Shown one piece after another: positions 1 through 13,199 of a stretch of DNA of 64,000 nucleotides. The notes beneath the pieces were generated by a model. That model had not been told where the DNA came from. It made no database searches and saw only the letters and a list, made by a program, of their open reading frames with translations. The translations under genes were made by a program, and so were the position numbers. Source of the stretch: Eledone cirrhosa (taxonomy: Eukaryota); contig OZ024741.1 in the NCBI GenBank assembly GCA_964016885.1, positions 12,214,001 to 12,278,000 on the forward strand, given 5' to 3'. Each line of letters opens with the position of its first letter. Positions within the stretch are counted from its first letter, which is position 1.

Positions 1-232
1 GAGATCACAGCTCTGATATTAAGGGTATGTGGTTATAATGTCTCAGGAGATCAGAGGGTCATTCCAGGTAGAGTTGCTACTTCTCCGAATTGAGAGATCA
101 CAGCTCTGATATTAAGGGTATGTGGTTAGAATGTCTCAGGAGATCAGAGAGTCACTCCAGGTAGAGCTGCTACCTCTCCGAATTGAGAGATCACAGCTCT
201 GATATTAAGGGTATGTGGTTAGAATGTCTCAG

Positions 233-325
233 GAGATCAGAGAGTCACTCCAGGTAGAGCTGCTACTTCTCCGAATTGAGAGATCACAGCTCTGATATTA
301 AGGGTATGTGGTTAGAATGTCTCAG
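233..325 (+). mobile_element. Representative monomer (re-phased): degenerate fragment of RTE-clade LINE ORF2, post-RT 'RWxGHxxRM' region; non-functional
   Basis: Manual translation of 233-325 gives [29 protein letters not shown]. This is colinear and ungapped with the RTE/Rex3-type motif [28 protein letters not shown] as I recall it; no search was run. Confidence 0.8.
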
Positions 326-420
326 GAGATCAGAGAGTCATTCCAGGTAGAGCTGCTACTTCTCCGAATTGAGAGATCACAGCTCTGATATTAAGGGTAT
401 GTGGTTAGAATGTCTCAGGA

Positions 421-978
421 GATCAGAGTGTCATTCCAGGTAGAGCTGCTACCTCTCCGAATTGAGAGATCACAGCTCTGATATTAAGGGTATGTGGTTA
501 CAATGTCTCAGGAGATCAGAGAGTCACTCCAGATAGAGCTGCTACCCCTCCGAATTGAGAGATCACAGCTCTGATATTAAGGGTATGTGGTTAGAATGTC
601 TCAGGAGATCAGAGAGTCACTCCAGGTAGAGCTGCTACTTCTCCGAATTGAGAGATCACAGCTCTGATATTAAGGGTATGTGGTTAGAATGTCTCAGGAG
701 ATCAGAGTGTCATTCCAGGTAGAGCTGCTACCTCTCCGAATTGAGAGATCACAGCTCTGATATTAAGGGTATGTGGTTACAATGTCTCAGGAGATCAGAG
801 AGTCACTCCAGATAGAGCTGCTACCCCTCCGAATTGAGAGATCACAGCTCTGATATTAAGGGTATGTGGTTAGAATGTCTCAGGAGATCAGAGAGTCACT
901 CCAGGTAGAGCTGCTACTTCTCCGAATTGAGAGATCACAGCTCTGATATTAAGGGTATGTGGTTAGAATGTCTCAGGA
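421..978 (+). repeat. 3-monomer (279 bp) tandem duplication; boundaries approximate
   Basis: The variant series gagtgtcatt / ggttacaatg / ccagatag...ctacccctc starts at 421 and again at 700. Confidence 0.75.
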
Positions 979-3900
979 GATCAGAGAGTCACTCCAGGTA
1001 GAGCTGCTACTTCTCCGAATTGAGAGATCACAGCTGTGATATTAAGGGTATGTGGTTAGAATGTCTCAGGAGATCAGAGAGTCATTCCAGGTAGAGCTGC
1101 TACTTCTCCGAATTGAGAGATCGCAACTCTGATATTAAGGGTATGAGGTTAGAATGTCTCAGATCAGAGAGTCACTCCAGGTAGAGCGGCTACTACTCCG
1201 ATTTGAGAGATTACAGTTCTGATGTTTAGGGTATGTGGTTAGAATGTCTCAGGAGATCAGAGAATCATTCCAGATAGAGCTGCTACTTCTCCGAATTGAG
1301 AGATCACAGCTCTGATATTAAGGGTATGTGGTTAGAATGTCTCAGGAGATCAGAGAGTCACTCCAGGTAGAGCTGCTACCTCTCCGAATTGAGAGATCAC
1401 AGCTCTGATATTAAGGGTATGTGGTTAGAATGTCTCAGGAGATCAGAGAGTCACTCCAGGTAGAGCTGCTACTTCTCTGAATTGAGAGATCACAGCTCTG
1501 ATATTAAGGGTATGTGGTTAGAATGTCTCAGGAGATCAGAGTGTCATTCCAGGTAGAGCTGCTACCTCTCCGAATTGAGAGATCACAGCTCTGATATTAA
1601 GGGTATGTGGTTACAATGTCTCAGGAGATCAGAGAGTCACTCCAGGTAGAGCTGCTACCCCTCCGAATTGAGAGATCACAGCTCTGATATTAAGGGTATG
1701 TGGTTAAAATGTCTCAGGAGATCAGAGAGTCACTCCAGGTAGAGCTGCTACTTCTCCAAATTGAGAGATCACAGCTCTGATATTAAGGGTATGAGGTTAG
1801 AATGTCTCAGGAGATCAGAGAGTCACTCCAGGTAGAGCTGCTACTTCTCCGAATTGAGAGATCACAGCTCTGATATTAAGGGTATGTGGTTAGAATGTCT
1901 CAGGAGATCAGAGAGTCACTCCAGGTAGAGCTGCTACCTCTCCGAATTGAGAGATCACAGCTCTGATATTAAGGGTATGTGGTTATAATGTCTCAGGAGA
2001 TCAGAGAATCATTCCAGATAGAGCTGCTACTTCTCCGAATTGAGAGATCACAGCTCTGATATTAAGGGTATGAGGTTAGAATGTCTCAGGAGATCAGAGA
2101 GTCACTCCAGGTAGAGCTGCTACTTCTCCGAATTGAGAGATCACAGCTCTGATATTAAGGGTATGTGGTTAGAATGTCTCAGGAGATCAGAGAGTCACTC
2201 CAGGTAGAGCTGCTACTTCTCCGAATTGAGAGATCACAGCTCTGATATTAAGGGTATGTGGTTAGAATGTCTCAGCAGATCAGAGAGTCACTCCAGGTAG
2301 AGCTGCTACCTCTCCGAATTGAGAGATCACAGCTCTGATATTTAGGGTATGTCGTCAGAATGTCTCAGGAGATCAGAGAGTCATTCTAGGTAAAGCTGCT
2401 ACTTCTCCGAATTGAGAGATGACAGCTCTAATATTAGCGGTATGTGGTTAGAATGTCTCAGGGGATCAGAGAGTCATTCCAGGAAGAGCTGCTACTTCTC
2501 CAAATTAAGAGATCACAGTTCTGATATTAAGGGTATGGGGTTAGAATGTCTCAGACGATCAGAGAGTCATTCCAGGTAAAGCTGCTACTTTTCCGAATTG
2601 AGAGACAATAGCTCTGATATTAAGGGTATGTGGTTAGAATGTCTCAGGAGATCAGAGAGTCACTCCAGGTAGAGCTGCTACTTCTCCGAATTGAGAGATC
2701 ACAGCTCTGATATTAAGGTTATGGGGTTAGAATGTCTCAGGAGATCAGAGAGTCACTCCAGGTAGAGCTGCTACTTCTCCGAATTGAGAGATCACAGCTC
2801 TGATATTAACGGTATGTGGTTAGAATGTCTCAGGAGATCAGAGAGTCACTCCAGGTAGAGCTGCTACCTCTCCGTATTGAGAGATCACAGCTCTGATATT
2901 AAGGGTATGTGGTTAGAATGTCTCAGGAGATCAGAGAGTCATTCCAGGTAGAGCTGCTACTTCTCCGAATTGAGAGATCACAGCTCTGATATTGAGGGTA
3001 TGTGGTTAGAATGTCTCAGGAGATCAGAGAGTCATTCCAGGTAGAGCTGCTACTTCTCCGAATTGAGAGATCACAGCTCTGATATTGAGGGTATGTGGTT
3101 AGAATGTCTCAGGAGATCAGAGAGTCATTCCAGGTAAAGCTGCTACTTCTCCCAATTGAGAGATCACAGCTCTGATATTAGGGGTATGTGGTTAGAATGT
3201 CTCAGGAAATCAGAGAGTCACTCCAGGAAGAGCTGCTACTTCTCTGAATTGAGAGATCACAGCTCTGATATTAAGGGTAAGTGGTTAGAAGGTCTCAGAA
3301 GATCAGAGAGTCATTCCAGGTAAAGCTGCTACTTCTCCGAATTGAGAGATCAGAGCTCTGATATTAAGGGTATGTGGTTAGAATGTCTCAGGAGATCAGA
3401 GAGTCACTCCAGGTAGAGCTGCTGCCTCTACAAATTGAGAGATCACAGCTCTGATGTTAAGGGTATGTGGTTAGAATGTCTCAGGAGATCAGAGAGTCAC
3501 TCCAGGTAGAGCGGCTACTACTCCGAATTGAGAGATTACAGTTCTGATATTAAGGGTATGTGGTTAGAATGTCTCAGGAGGTCAGAGAGTCACTCCTGGT
3601 AGAGCTGCTACTTCTCCAAATTGAGAGATCACAGCTCTGATCTTAAGGGTATGTGGTTAGAATGTCTCAGACGATCAGAGAGTCACTCCAGGTAGGGCTG
3701 CTACTTCTCCGAATTTAGAGATCACAGCTCTGATATTAAGGGTATGTGGTTAGAATGTCTCAGGAGATCAGAGAGTCACTCCAGGTAGAGCTGCTACCTC
3801 TCCGAATTGAGAGATCACAGCACTGATATTAAGGGTATGCAGTTAGAATGTCTCAGGAGATCAGAGTGTCATTCCAGGTAAAGCTGCTACTTCTCCGAAT

Positions 3901-6900
3901 TGAGAGATTACAGCTCTAATATTAGGGGTATGTGGTTAGAATGTCTCAGGAAATCAGAGAGTCACTCCAGGTAGAGCTGCTACTGCTCTGAATTGAGAGA
4001 TCACAGCACTGATATTAAGGGTATGTGGTTAGAATGTCTCAGGAGATCAGAAAGTCACTCCAGGTAGAGCTGCTACTTCTCATAATTGAGAGATCACAGC
4101 TCTGATATTAAGGGTATGTGGTTAGAATGTCTCAGAAAATTAGAGAGTCATTCCAGGTAAAGCTGCTACTTCTCCGAATTGAGAGACCATAGCTCTGATA
4201 TTAAGGTTATGTTGTTAGAATGTCTCAGGAGATCAGAGAGTCATTCCAGGTAGAGCTGCTACTTCTCCGAATTGAGAGATCACAGCTCTGATATTAAGGT
4301 TATATGGTTAGAATGTCTAAGGAGATCAGAGTGTCACACCAGGTATAGATGCTACTTCTCCGAATTTAGAGATCACAGCTCTGATATTAAGGGTATGAGG
4401 TTAGAATGTCTCAGGAGATCAGAGAATCACTCCAGGTAGAACTGCTACTTCTCCGAATTGAGAGATCACAGCTCTGATATTAAGATTATGTGGTTATAAT
4501 GTCTCAGGAGATCAGGGACTCATTCCAGGTAGAGTTGCTACTTCTCCGAATTGATAGATCACAGCTCTGATATTAAGGGTATGAGGTTAGAATGTCTCAG
4601 GAGATCAGAGAATCATTCCAGGTAAAGCTGCTACTTCTCCGAATTGAGAGATCACAGCTCTGAGATTAAGGGTATGTGGTTAGAATGTCTCAGGAGATCA
4701 GAGAGTCACTCCAGGTAGAGCTGCTACATCTCCGAATTGAGAGATCACAGCTCTGATATTAAGGGTATGTGGTTAGAATGTCTCAGGAGATCAGAGATTC
4801 ACTCCAGGTAGAGCTGCTACTTCTCCGAATTGAGAGATCACAGCTCTGACATTGAGGGTATGTGGTTAGAATGTCTCAGGAGATCAGAGAGTCATTCCAG
4901 GTAGAGCTACTACTTCTCCGAATTGAGAGATCAGAGCTCTGATATTAAGGGTATGTGGTTAGTATATCTCAGGAGATCAGAAAGTCACTCCAGGTAGAGC
5001 TGCTACTTTTCCGAATTGAGAGATCACAGCTCTGATATTAAGGGTAAGTGGTTAGAAGATCTCAGAAGATCAGAGAGTCATTCCAGGAAAAGCTGCTACT
5101 TCTCCGAATTGAGAGATCAGAGCTCTGATATTAAGGGTATGTGGTTAGAATGTCTCAGGAGATCAGAGAGTCACTCCAGGTAGAGCGGCTACTACTCCGA
5201 ATTGAGAGATTACAGTTCTGATATTAAGGGTATGTGGTTAGAATGTCTCAGGAGATCAGAGAGTCACTCCTGGTAGAGCTGCTACTCCTCCAAATTGAGA
5301 GATCACAGCTCTGATATTAAGGGTATGTGGTTAGAATGTCTCAGGAGATCAGAGAGTCACTCCAGGTAGGGCTGCTATTTCTCCGAATTTAGAGATCACA
5401 GCTCTGATATTAAGGGTATGTGGTTAGAATGTCTCAGGAGATCAGAGAATCACTCCAGGTAGAACTGCTACTTCTCCGAATTGAGAGATCACAGCTCTGA
5501 TATTAAGGGTATGTGGTTAGAATGTCTCAGGAGATCAGAGAGTCACTCCAGGTAGAGCTGCTACTTCTCCAAATTGAGAGATCACAGCTCTGATATTAAA
5601 GGTATGTGGTTAGAATGTCTCAGGAGGTCAGAGTGTCATTCCAGGTAGAGCAGCTACTACACAGAATTGAGAGATCACAGCTCTGATATTAAGGGTATGG
5701 GGTTAGAATGTCTCAGGAGATCAGAGAGTCATTCCAGGTAGAGCTACTACTACTCCGAATTGAGAGATCACAGCTCTGAAATTAAGGGTATGTGGTTAGA
5801 ATGTCTCAGGATATCAGAGAGTCACTCCAGGTAGAGCTGCTACTTCTCCGAATTGAGAGATCACAGCTCTGATATTAAGGGTATGTGGTTAGAATGTCTC
5901 AGGAGAACTGAGAGTCATTCCAGGTAGGGCTGCTGCTTCTCCGAATTGAGAGATTACAGCTCTGATATTAAGGGTATGTGGATAGAATGTCTCAGGAGAT
6001 CAGAGAGTCACTCCAGGTAGAGCTGCTACCTCTCCAAATTGAGAGATCACAGCTCTGATATTAAGGGTATGTGGTTAGAATGTCTCAGGAGATCAGAGAG
6101 TCACTCCGGGTAGAGCTGCTACTTCTCCGAATCGAGAGATCACAGCTCTGATATTAAGGGTATGTGGTTAGAATGTCTCAGGAGATCAGAGAGTCACTCC
6201 AGGTAGAGAGGCTACTACTCCGAATTGAGAGATTACAGTTCTGATATTAAGGGTATGGGGTTAGAATGTCTCAGGAGATCAGAGAGTCACTCCAGGTAGA
6301 GCTGCTACCTCTCCGAATTGAGAGATCACAGCTCTGATATTAAGGGTATGCAGTTAGAACGTCTCAGGAGATCAGAGAGTCATTCCAGGTAAAGCTGCTA
6401 CTTCTCCGAATTGAGAGATTACAGCTCTAATATTAAGGGTATGTGGTTAGAATGCCTCAGGGGATCAGAGAGTCATTCCAGGTAGAGCTGCTACTTCTCC
6501 GAATTGAGAGATCCCAGCTCTGATATTAAGGGTATGAGGTTAGTATATCTCAGGAGATCAGAAAGTCACTCCAGGTAGAGCTGCTACTTCTCATAATTGA
6601 GAGATCACAGCTCTGATATTAAGGGAATGTGGTTAGAATATCTCAGAAGATCAGAGAGTCATTCCAGGTAAAGCTGCTACTTCTCCGAATTGAGAGACCA
6701 TAGCTCTGATATTAAGGTTATGTTGTTAGAATGTCTCAGGAGATCACAGAGTCATTCCAGGGAGAGCTGCTACTTCTCCGAATTGAGAGATCACAGCTCT
6801 GATATTAAGGGTATGTGGTTATAATGTCTCAGGAGATCAGAGACTCATTCCAGGTAGAGTTGCTACTTCTCCGAATTGATAGATCACAGCTCTGATATTA

Positions 6901-9900
6901 AGGGTATGTCGTTAGAATGTCTCAGGAGATCAGAGAGTCATTCCAGGTAAAGCTGCTGCTTCTCCGAATTGAGAGATCACAGCTCTGACATTGAGGGTAT
7001 GTGGTTAGAATGTCTCAGGAGATCAGAGAGTCATTCCAGGTAGAGCTGCTACTTCTCCGAATTGAGAGATCACAGCTCTGATATTAAGGGTATGAGGTTA
7101 GAATGTCTCAGCAGATCAGAGAGTCACTCCAGGTAGAGCGGCTACTACTCCGAATTGAGAGATCACAGCTCTGATATTAAGGGTAAGTGGTTAGAAGGTC
7201 TCAGAAGATCAGAGAGTCATTCCAGGTAAAGCTGCTACTTCTCCGAATTGAGAGATCAGAGCTCTGATATTAAGGGTATGTGGTTAGAATGTCTCAGGAG
7301 ATCAGAGTGTCACTCCAGGTAGAGCTGCTGCCTCTACAAATTGAGAGATCACAGCTCTGATATTAAGGGTATGTGGTTAGAATGTCTCAGGAGATCAGAG
7401 AGTCACTCCAGGTAGAGCGGCTACTACTCCGAATTGAGAGATTACAGTTCTGATATTAAGGGTATGTGGTTAGAATGTCTCAGGAGATCAGAGAGTCACT
7501 CCTGGTAGAGCTGCTACTTCTCCAAATTGAGAGATCACAGCTCTGATATTAAGGGTATGTGGTTAGAATGTCTCAGGAGATCAGAGAGTCACTCCAGGTA
7601 GGGCTGCTATTTCTCCGAATTTAGAGATCACAGCTCTGATATTAAGGGTATGTGGTTAGAATGTCTCAGGAAATCAGAGAGTCACTCCAGGTAGGGCTGC
7701 TATTTCTCCGAATTTAGAGATCACAGCTCTGATATTAAGGGTATGTGGTTAGAATGTCTCAGGAGATCAGAGAGTCACTCCAGGTAGAGCTGCTACTACT
7801 CTGAATTGAGAGATCACAGCTCTGATATTAAGGGTATGTGGTTAGAATGTCTCAGGAGATCAGAGAATCACTCCAGGTAGAACTGCTACTTCTCCGAATT
7901 GAGAGATCACAGCTCTGATATTAATGGTATGTGGTTAGAATGTCTCAGGAGATCAGAGAGTCACTCCAGGTAGAGCTGCTACTTTTCCGAATTGATAGAT
8001 CACAGCTATGATATTAAGGGTATGTGGTTAGAATGTCTCAGGAGATCAGAGAGTCACTCCAGGTAGAGCTGCTACTTCTCCGAATCGAGAGATCACAGCT
8101 CTGATATTAAGGGTATGTGGTTAGAATGTCTCAGGAGATCAGAGAGTCATTCCAGGTAGAGCTGCTACTTCTCCGAATTGAGAGATCACAGCTCTGATAT
8201 TAAGGGTATGAGGTTAGAATGTCTCAGCAGATCAGAGAGTCACTCCAGGTAGAGAGGCTACTACTCCGAATTGAGAGATTACAGTTCTGATATTAAGGGT
8301 ATGTGGTTAGAATGTCTCAGGAGATCAGAGAGTCACTCCAGGTAGAGCTGCTACCTCTCCGAATTGAGAGATCACAGCTCTGATATTAAGGGTATGCAGT
8401 TAGAACGTCTCAGGAAATCAGAGAGTCATTCCAGGTAAAGCTGCTACTTCTCCGAATTGAGAGATCACAGCTATGATATTATGGGTATGTGGTTAGAATG
8501 TCTCAGGAAATCAGAGAGTCACTCCAGGTAGAGCTGCTACTGCTCTGAATTGAGAGATCACAGCACTGATATTAAGGGTATGTGGTTAGAATGTCTCAGG
8601 AGATCAGAGAGTCACTCCAGGTAGAGCTGCTACTTCTCCGAATTGAGAGATCACAGCTCTGATATTAAGGGTATGTGGTTAGAATGCCTCAGGGGATCAG
8701 ACAGTCATTCCAGGTAGAGCTGCTACTTCTCCGAATTGAGAGATCCCAGCTCTGATATTAAGGGTATGAGGTTAGTATATCTCAGGAGATCAGAAAGTCA
8801 CTCCAGGTAGAGCTGCTACTTCTCATAATTGAGAGATCACAGCTCTGATATTAAGGGAATGTGGTTAGAATATCTCAGAAGATCAGAGAGTCATTCCAGG
8901 TAAAGCTGCTACTTCTCCGAATTGAGAGACCATAGCTCTGATATTAAGGTTATGTTGTTAGAATGTCTCAGGAGATCATAGAGTCATTCCAGGGAGAGCT
9001 GCTACTTCTCCGAATTGAGAGATCACAGCTCTGATATTAAGGTTATATGGTTAGAATGTCTAAGGAGATCAGAGTGTCACACCAGGTAGAGATGCTACTT
9101 CTCCGAATTTAGAGATCACAGCTCTGATATTAAAGGTATGTGGTTATAATGTCTCAGGAGATCAGAGAATCACTCCAGGTAGAACTGCTACTTCTCCGAA
9201 TTGAGAGATCACAGCTCTGATATTAAGGGTATGTGGTTATAATGTCTCAGGAGATCAGAGACTCATTCCAGGTAGAGTTGCTACTTCTCCGAATTGATAG
9301 ATCACAGCTCTGATATTAAGGGTATGTCGTTAGAATGTCTCAGGAGTTCAGAGAGTCATTCCAGGTAAAGCTGCTGCTTCTCCGAATTGAGAGATCACAG
9401 CTCTGAAATTGAGGGTATGTGGTTAGAATGTCTCAGGAGATCAGAGAGTCACTCCAGGTAGAGCTGCTACTTCTCCGAATTGAGAAATCACAGCTCTGAT
9501 ATTAAGAGTATGAGGTTAGAATGTCTCAGCAGATCAGAGAGTCACTCCAGGTAGAGCGGCTACTACTCCGATTTGAAAGATTACAGTTCTGATATTTAGG
9601 GTATGTGGTTAGAATGTCTCAGGAGATCAGAGAATCATTCCAGATAGAGCTGCTACTTCTCCGAATTGAGAGATCACAGCTCTGATATTAAGGGTATGTG
9701 GTTAGAATATCTCAGGAGATCAGAGAGTCACTCCAGGTAGAGCTGCTACTTCTCCGAATTGAGAGATCCCAGCTCTGATATTAAGGGTATGTGGTTAGTA
9801 TATCTCAGGAGATCAGAAAGTGACTCCAGGTAGAGCTGCTACTTTTCCGAATTGAGAGATCACAGCTCTGATATTAAGGGTAAGTGGTTAGAAGGTCTCA

Positions 9901-12040
9901 GAAGATCAGAGAGTCATTCCAGGTAAAGCTGCTACTTCTCCGAATTGAGAGATCAGAGCTCTGATATTAAGGGTATGTGGTTAGAATGTCTCAGGAGATC
10001 AGAGTGTCACTCCAGGTAGAGCTGCTGCCTCTACAAATTGAGAGATCACAGCTCTGATATTAAGGGTATGTGGTTAGAATGTCTCAGGAGATCAGAGAGT
10101 CACTCCAGGTAGAGCGGCTACTACTCTGAATTGAGAGATTACAGTTCTGATATTAAGGGTATGTGGTTAGAATGTCTCAGGAGATCAGAGAGTCACTCCT
10201 GGTAGAGCTGCTACTTCTCCAAATTGAGAGATCACAGCTCTGATATTAAGGGTATGTGGTTAGAATGTCTCAGGAGATCAGAGAGTCACTCCAGGTAGAG
10301 CTGCTACCTCTCCGAATTGAGAGATCACAGCTCTGATATTAAGGGTATGCAGTTAGAATGTCTCAGGAGATCAGAGAGTCATTCCAGGTAAAGCTGCTAC
10401 TTCTCCGAATTGAGAGATTACTGCTCTAATATTAGGGGTATGTGGTTAGAATGTCTCAGGAAATCAGAGTGTCACTCAAGGTAGAGCTGCTACTGCTCTG
10501 AATTTAGAGATCACAGCTCTGATATTAAGGGTATGTGGTTAGAATGTCTCAGGAGATCAGAGAATCACTCCAGGTAGAACTGCTACTTCTCCGAATTGAG
10601 AGATCACAGCTCTGATATTAAGGGTATGTGGTTATAATGTCTCAGGAGATCAGAGACTCATTCCAGGTAGAGTTGCTACTTCTCCGAATTGATAGATCAC
10701 AGCTCTGATATTAAGGGTATGTCGTTAGAATGTCTCAGGAGATCAGAGAGTCATTCCAGGTAAAGCTGCTACTTCTCCGATTTGAGAGATCACAGCTCTG
10801 ATATTAAGGGTATGTGGTTAGAATGTCTCAGGAGATCAGAGAGTCACTCCAGGTAAAGCTGCTACCTCTCCGAATTGAGAGATCACAGCTCTGATATTAA
10901 GGGTATATGGTTAGAATGTCTCAGGAGATCAGAGAGTCACTCCAGGTAGAGCTGCTACTTCTCCAAATTGAGAGATCACAGCTCTGATATTAAGGGTATG
11001 TGGTTAGAATGTCTCAGGAGGTCAGAGTGTCATTCCAGGTAGAGCAGATACTACACAGAATTGAGAGATCACAGTTCTGATATTAAGGGTATGGGGTTAG
11101 AATGTCTCAGGAGATCAGAGAGTCATTCCAGGTAGAGCTACTACTACTCCGAATTGAGAGATCACAGCTCTGATATTAAGGGTATGTGGTTAGAATGTCT
11201 CAGGATATCAGAGAGTCACTCCAGGTAGAGCTGCTACTCCTCCGAATTGAGAGATCACAGCTCTGATATTAAGGGTATGTGGTTAGAATGTCTCAGGAGA
11301 ACTGAGAGTCATTCCAGGTAGGGCTGCTACTTCTCCGAATTGAGAGATTACAGCTCTGATATTAAGGGTATGTGGATAGAATGTCTCAGGAGATCAGAGA
11401 GTCACTCCAGGTAGAACTGCTACTTCTCCGAATTGAGAGATCACAGATCTGATATTAAGGGTCTGGGGTTAGAATGTCTCAGGAGATCAGAGAGTCATTC
11501 CAGGTAGAGCTACTACTACTCCGAATTGAGAGATCACAGCTCTGATATTAAGGGTATGTGGTTAGAATGTCTCAGGATATCAGAGAGTCACTCCAGGTAG
11601 AGCTGCTACTCCTCCGAATTGAGAGATCACAGCTCTGATATTAAGGGTATGGGGTTAGAATGTCTCAGGAGATCAGAGAGTCATTCCAGGTAGAGCTACT
11701 TCTACTCCGAATTGAGAGATCACAGCTCTGATATTAAGGGTATGTGGTTAGAATGTCTCAGGATATCAGAGAGTCACTCCAGGTAGAGCTGCTACTCCTC
11801 CGAATTGAGAGATCACAGCTCTGATATTAAGGGTATGTGGTTAGAATGTCTCAGGAGAACTGAGAGTCATTCCAGGTAGGGCTGCTACTTCTCCGAATTG
11901 AGAGATTACAGCTCTGATATTAAGGGTATGTGGATAGAATGTCTCAGGAGATCAGAGAGTCACTCCAGGTAGAACTGCTACTTCTCCGAATTGAGAGATC
12001 ACAGATCTGATATTAAGGGTATGTGGTTAGAATGTCTCAG

Positions 12041-12133
12041 GAGATCAGAGAGTCACTCCAGGTAGAGCCGCTACTTCTCCGAATTGAGAGATCACAGCTC
12101 TGATATTAAGGGTATGTGGTTAGAATGTCTCAG
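12041..12133 (+). pseudogene. Monomer carrying the putative ancestral Pro codon ([13 protein letters not shown])
   Basis: CCG at 12068-12070 gives [29 protein letters not shown], a closer match to the RTE ORF2 motif; both stop codons are still present. Confidence 0.7.
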
Positions 12134-13199
12134 GAGATCAGAGAGTCACTCCGGGTAGAGCTGCTACCTCTCCGAATTGAGAGATCACAGCTCTGATATT
12201 AAGGGTATGCAGTTAGAACGTCTCAGGAGATCAGAGAGTCATTCCAGGTAAAGCTGCTACTTCTCCGAATTGAGAGATTACAGCTCTAATATTAGGGGTA
12301 TGTGGTTAGAATGTCTCAGGAAATCAGAGAGTCACTCCAGGTAGAGCTTCTACTTCTCTGAATTGAGAGATCACAGCACTGATATTAAGGGTATGTGGTT
12401 AGAATGACTCAGGAGATCAGAGAGTCACTCCAGGTAGAGCTGCTACTTCTCCGAATTGAGAGATCACAGCTCTGATATTAAGGGTATGTGGTTAGAATGC
12501 CTCAGGGGATCAGAGAGTCATTCCAGGTAGAGCTGCTACTTCTCCGAATTGAGAGATCCCAGCTCTGATATTAAGGGTATGAGGTTAGTATATCTCAGGA
12601 GATCAGAAAGTCACTCCAGGTAGAGCTGCTACTTCTCATAATTGAGAGATCACAGCTCTGATATTAAGGGTATGTTGTTAGAATGACTCAGGAGATCAGA
12701 GAGTCATTCCAGGTAGAGCTGCTACTTCTCCGAATTGAGAGATCACAGCTCTGATATTAAGGTTATATGGTTAGAATGTCTAAGGAGATCAGAGTGTCAC
12801 ACCAGGTAGAGATGCTACTTCTCCGAATTTAGAGATCACAGCTCTGATATTAAGGGTATGTGGTTAGAATGTCTCAGGAGATCAGAGAATCACTCCAGGT
12901 AGAGCTTCTACTTCTCCGAATTGAGAGATCACAGCTCTGATATTAAGGGTATGTGGTTATAATGTCTCAGGAGATCAGAGACTCATTCCAGGTAGAGTTG
13001 CTACTTCTCCGAATTGATAGATCACAGCTCTGATATTAAGGGTATGTCGTTAGAATGTCTCAGGAGATCAGAGAGTCACTCCAGGTAAAGCTGCTGCTTC
13101 TCCGAATTGAGAGATCACAGCTCTGATATTAAGGGTATGTGGTTAGAATGTCTCAGGAGATCAGAGAGTCACTCCAGGTAGAGCTGCTACCTCTCCGAA

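Noticed and set aside
18-36. Telomere-like or G-quadruplex motif (ttaagggtatgtggttag; variants tttaggg, ttagggg)
   Set aside because: No tandem TTAGGG, and too few G-runs per unit; the segment corresponds to the G-H/Y-V-V-R codons.
1-56. Origin from a 46/47-bp half-unit dimer (gagatcacag at 1 versus gagatcagag at 47)
   Set aside because: Similarity is limited to about 10 bp, the rest of the halves do not align convincingly, and protein-level colinearity spans the full 93 bp.
3-95. Stop-readthrough or alternative-code ORF in + frame 3 (DHSSDIKGMWLECLRRSESHSR*SCYFSELR; single TAG, often TAA)
   Set aside because: In-frame TGA variants (gaa tga ctc; atg tga tta) and 1-2 bp indels occur, and the RTE-like frame explains the sequence better.
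160-176. tRNA/SINE A-box-like ggtagagctgct
   Set aside because: No B-box or cloverleaf is present; the short match is explained by the V-E-L-L codons.
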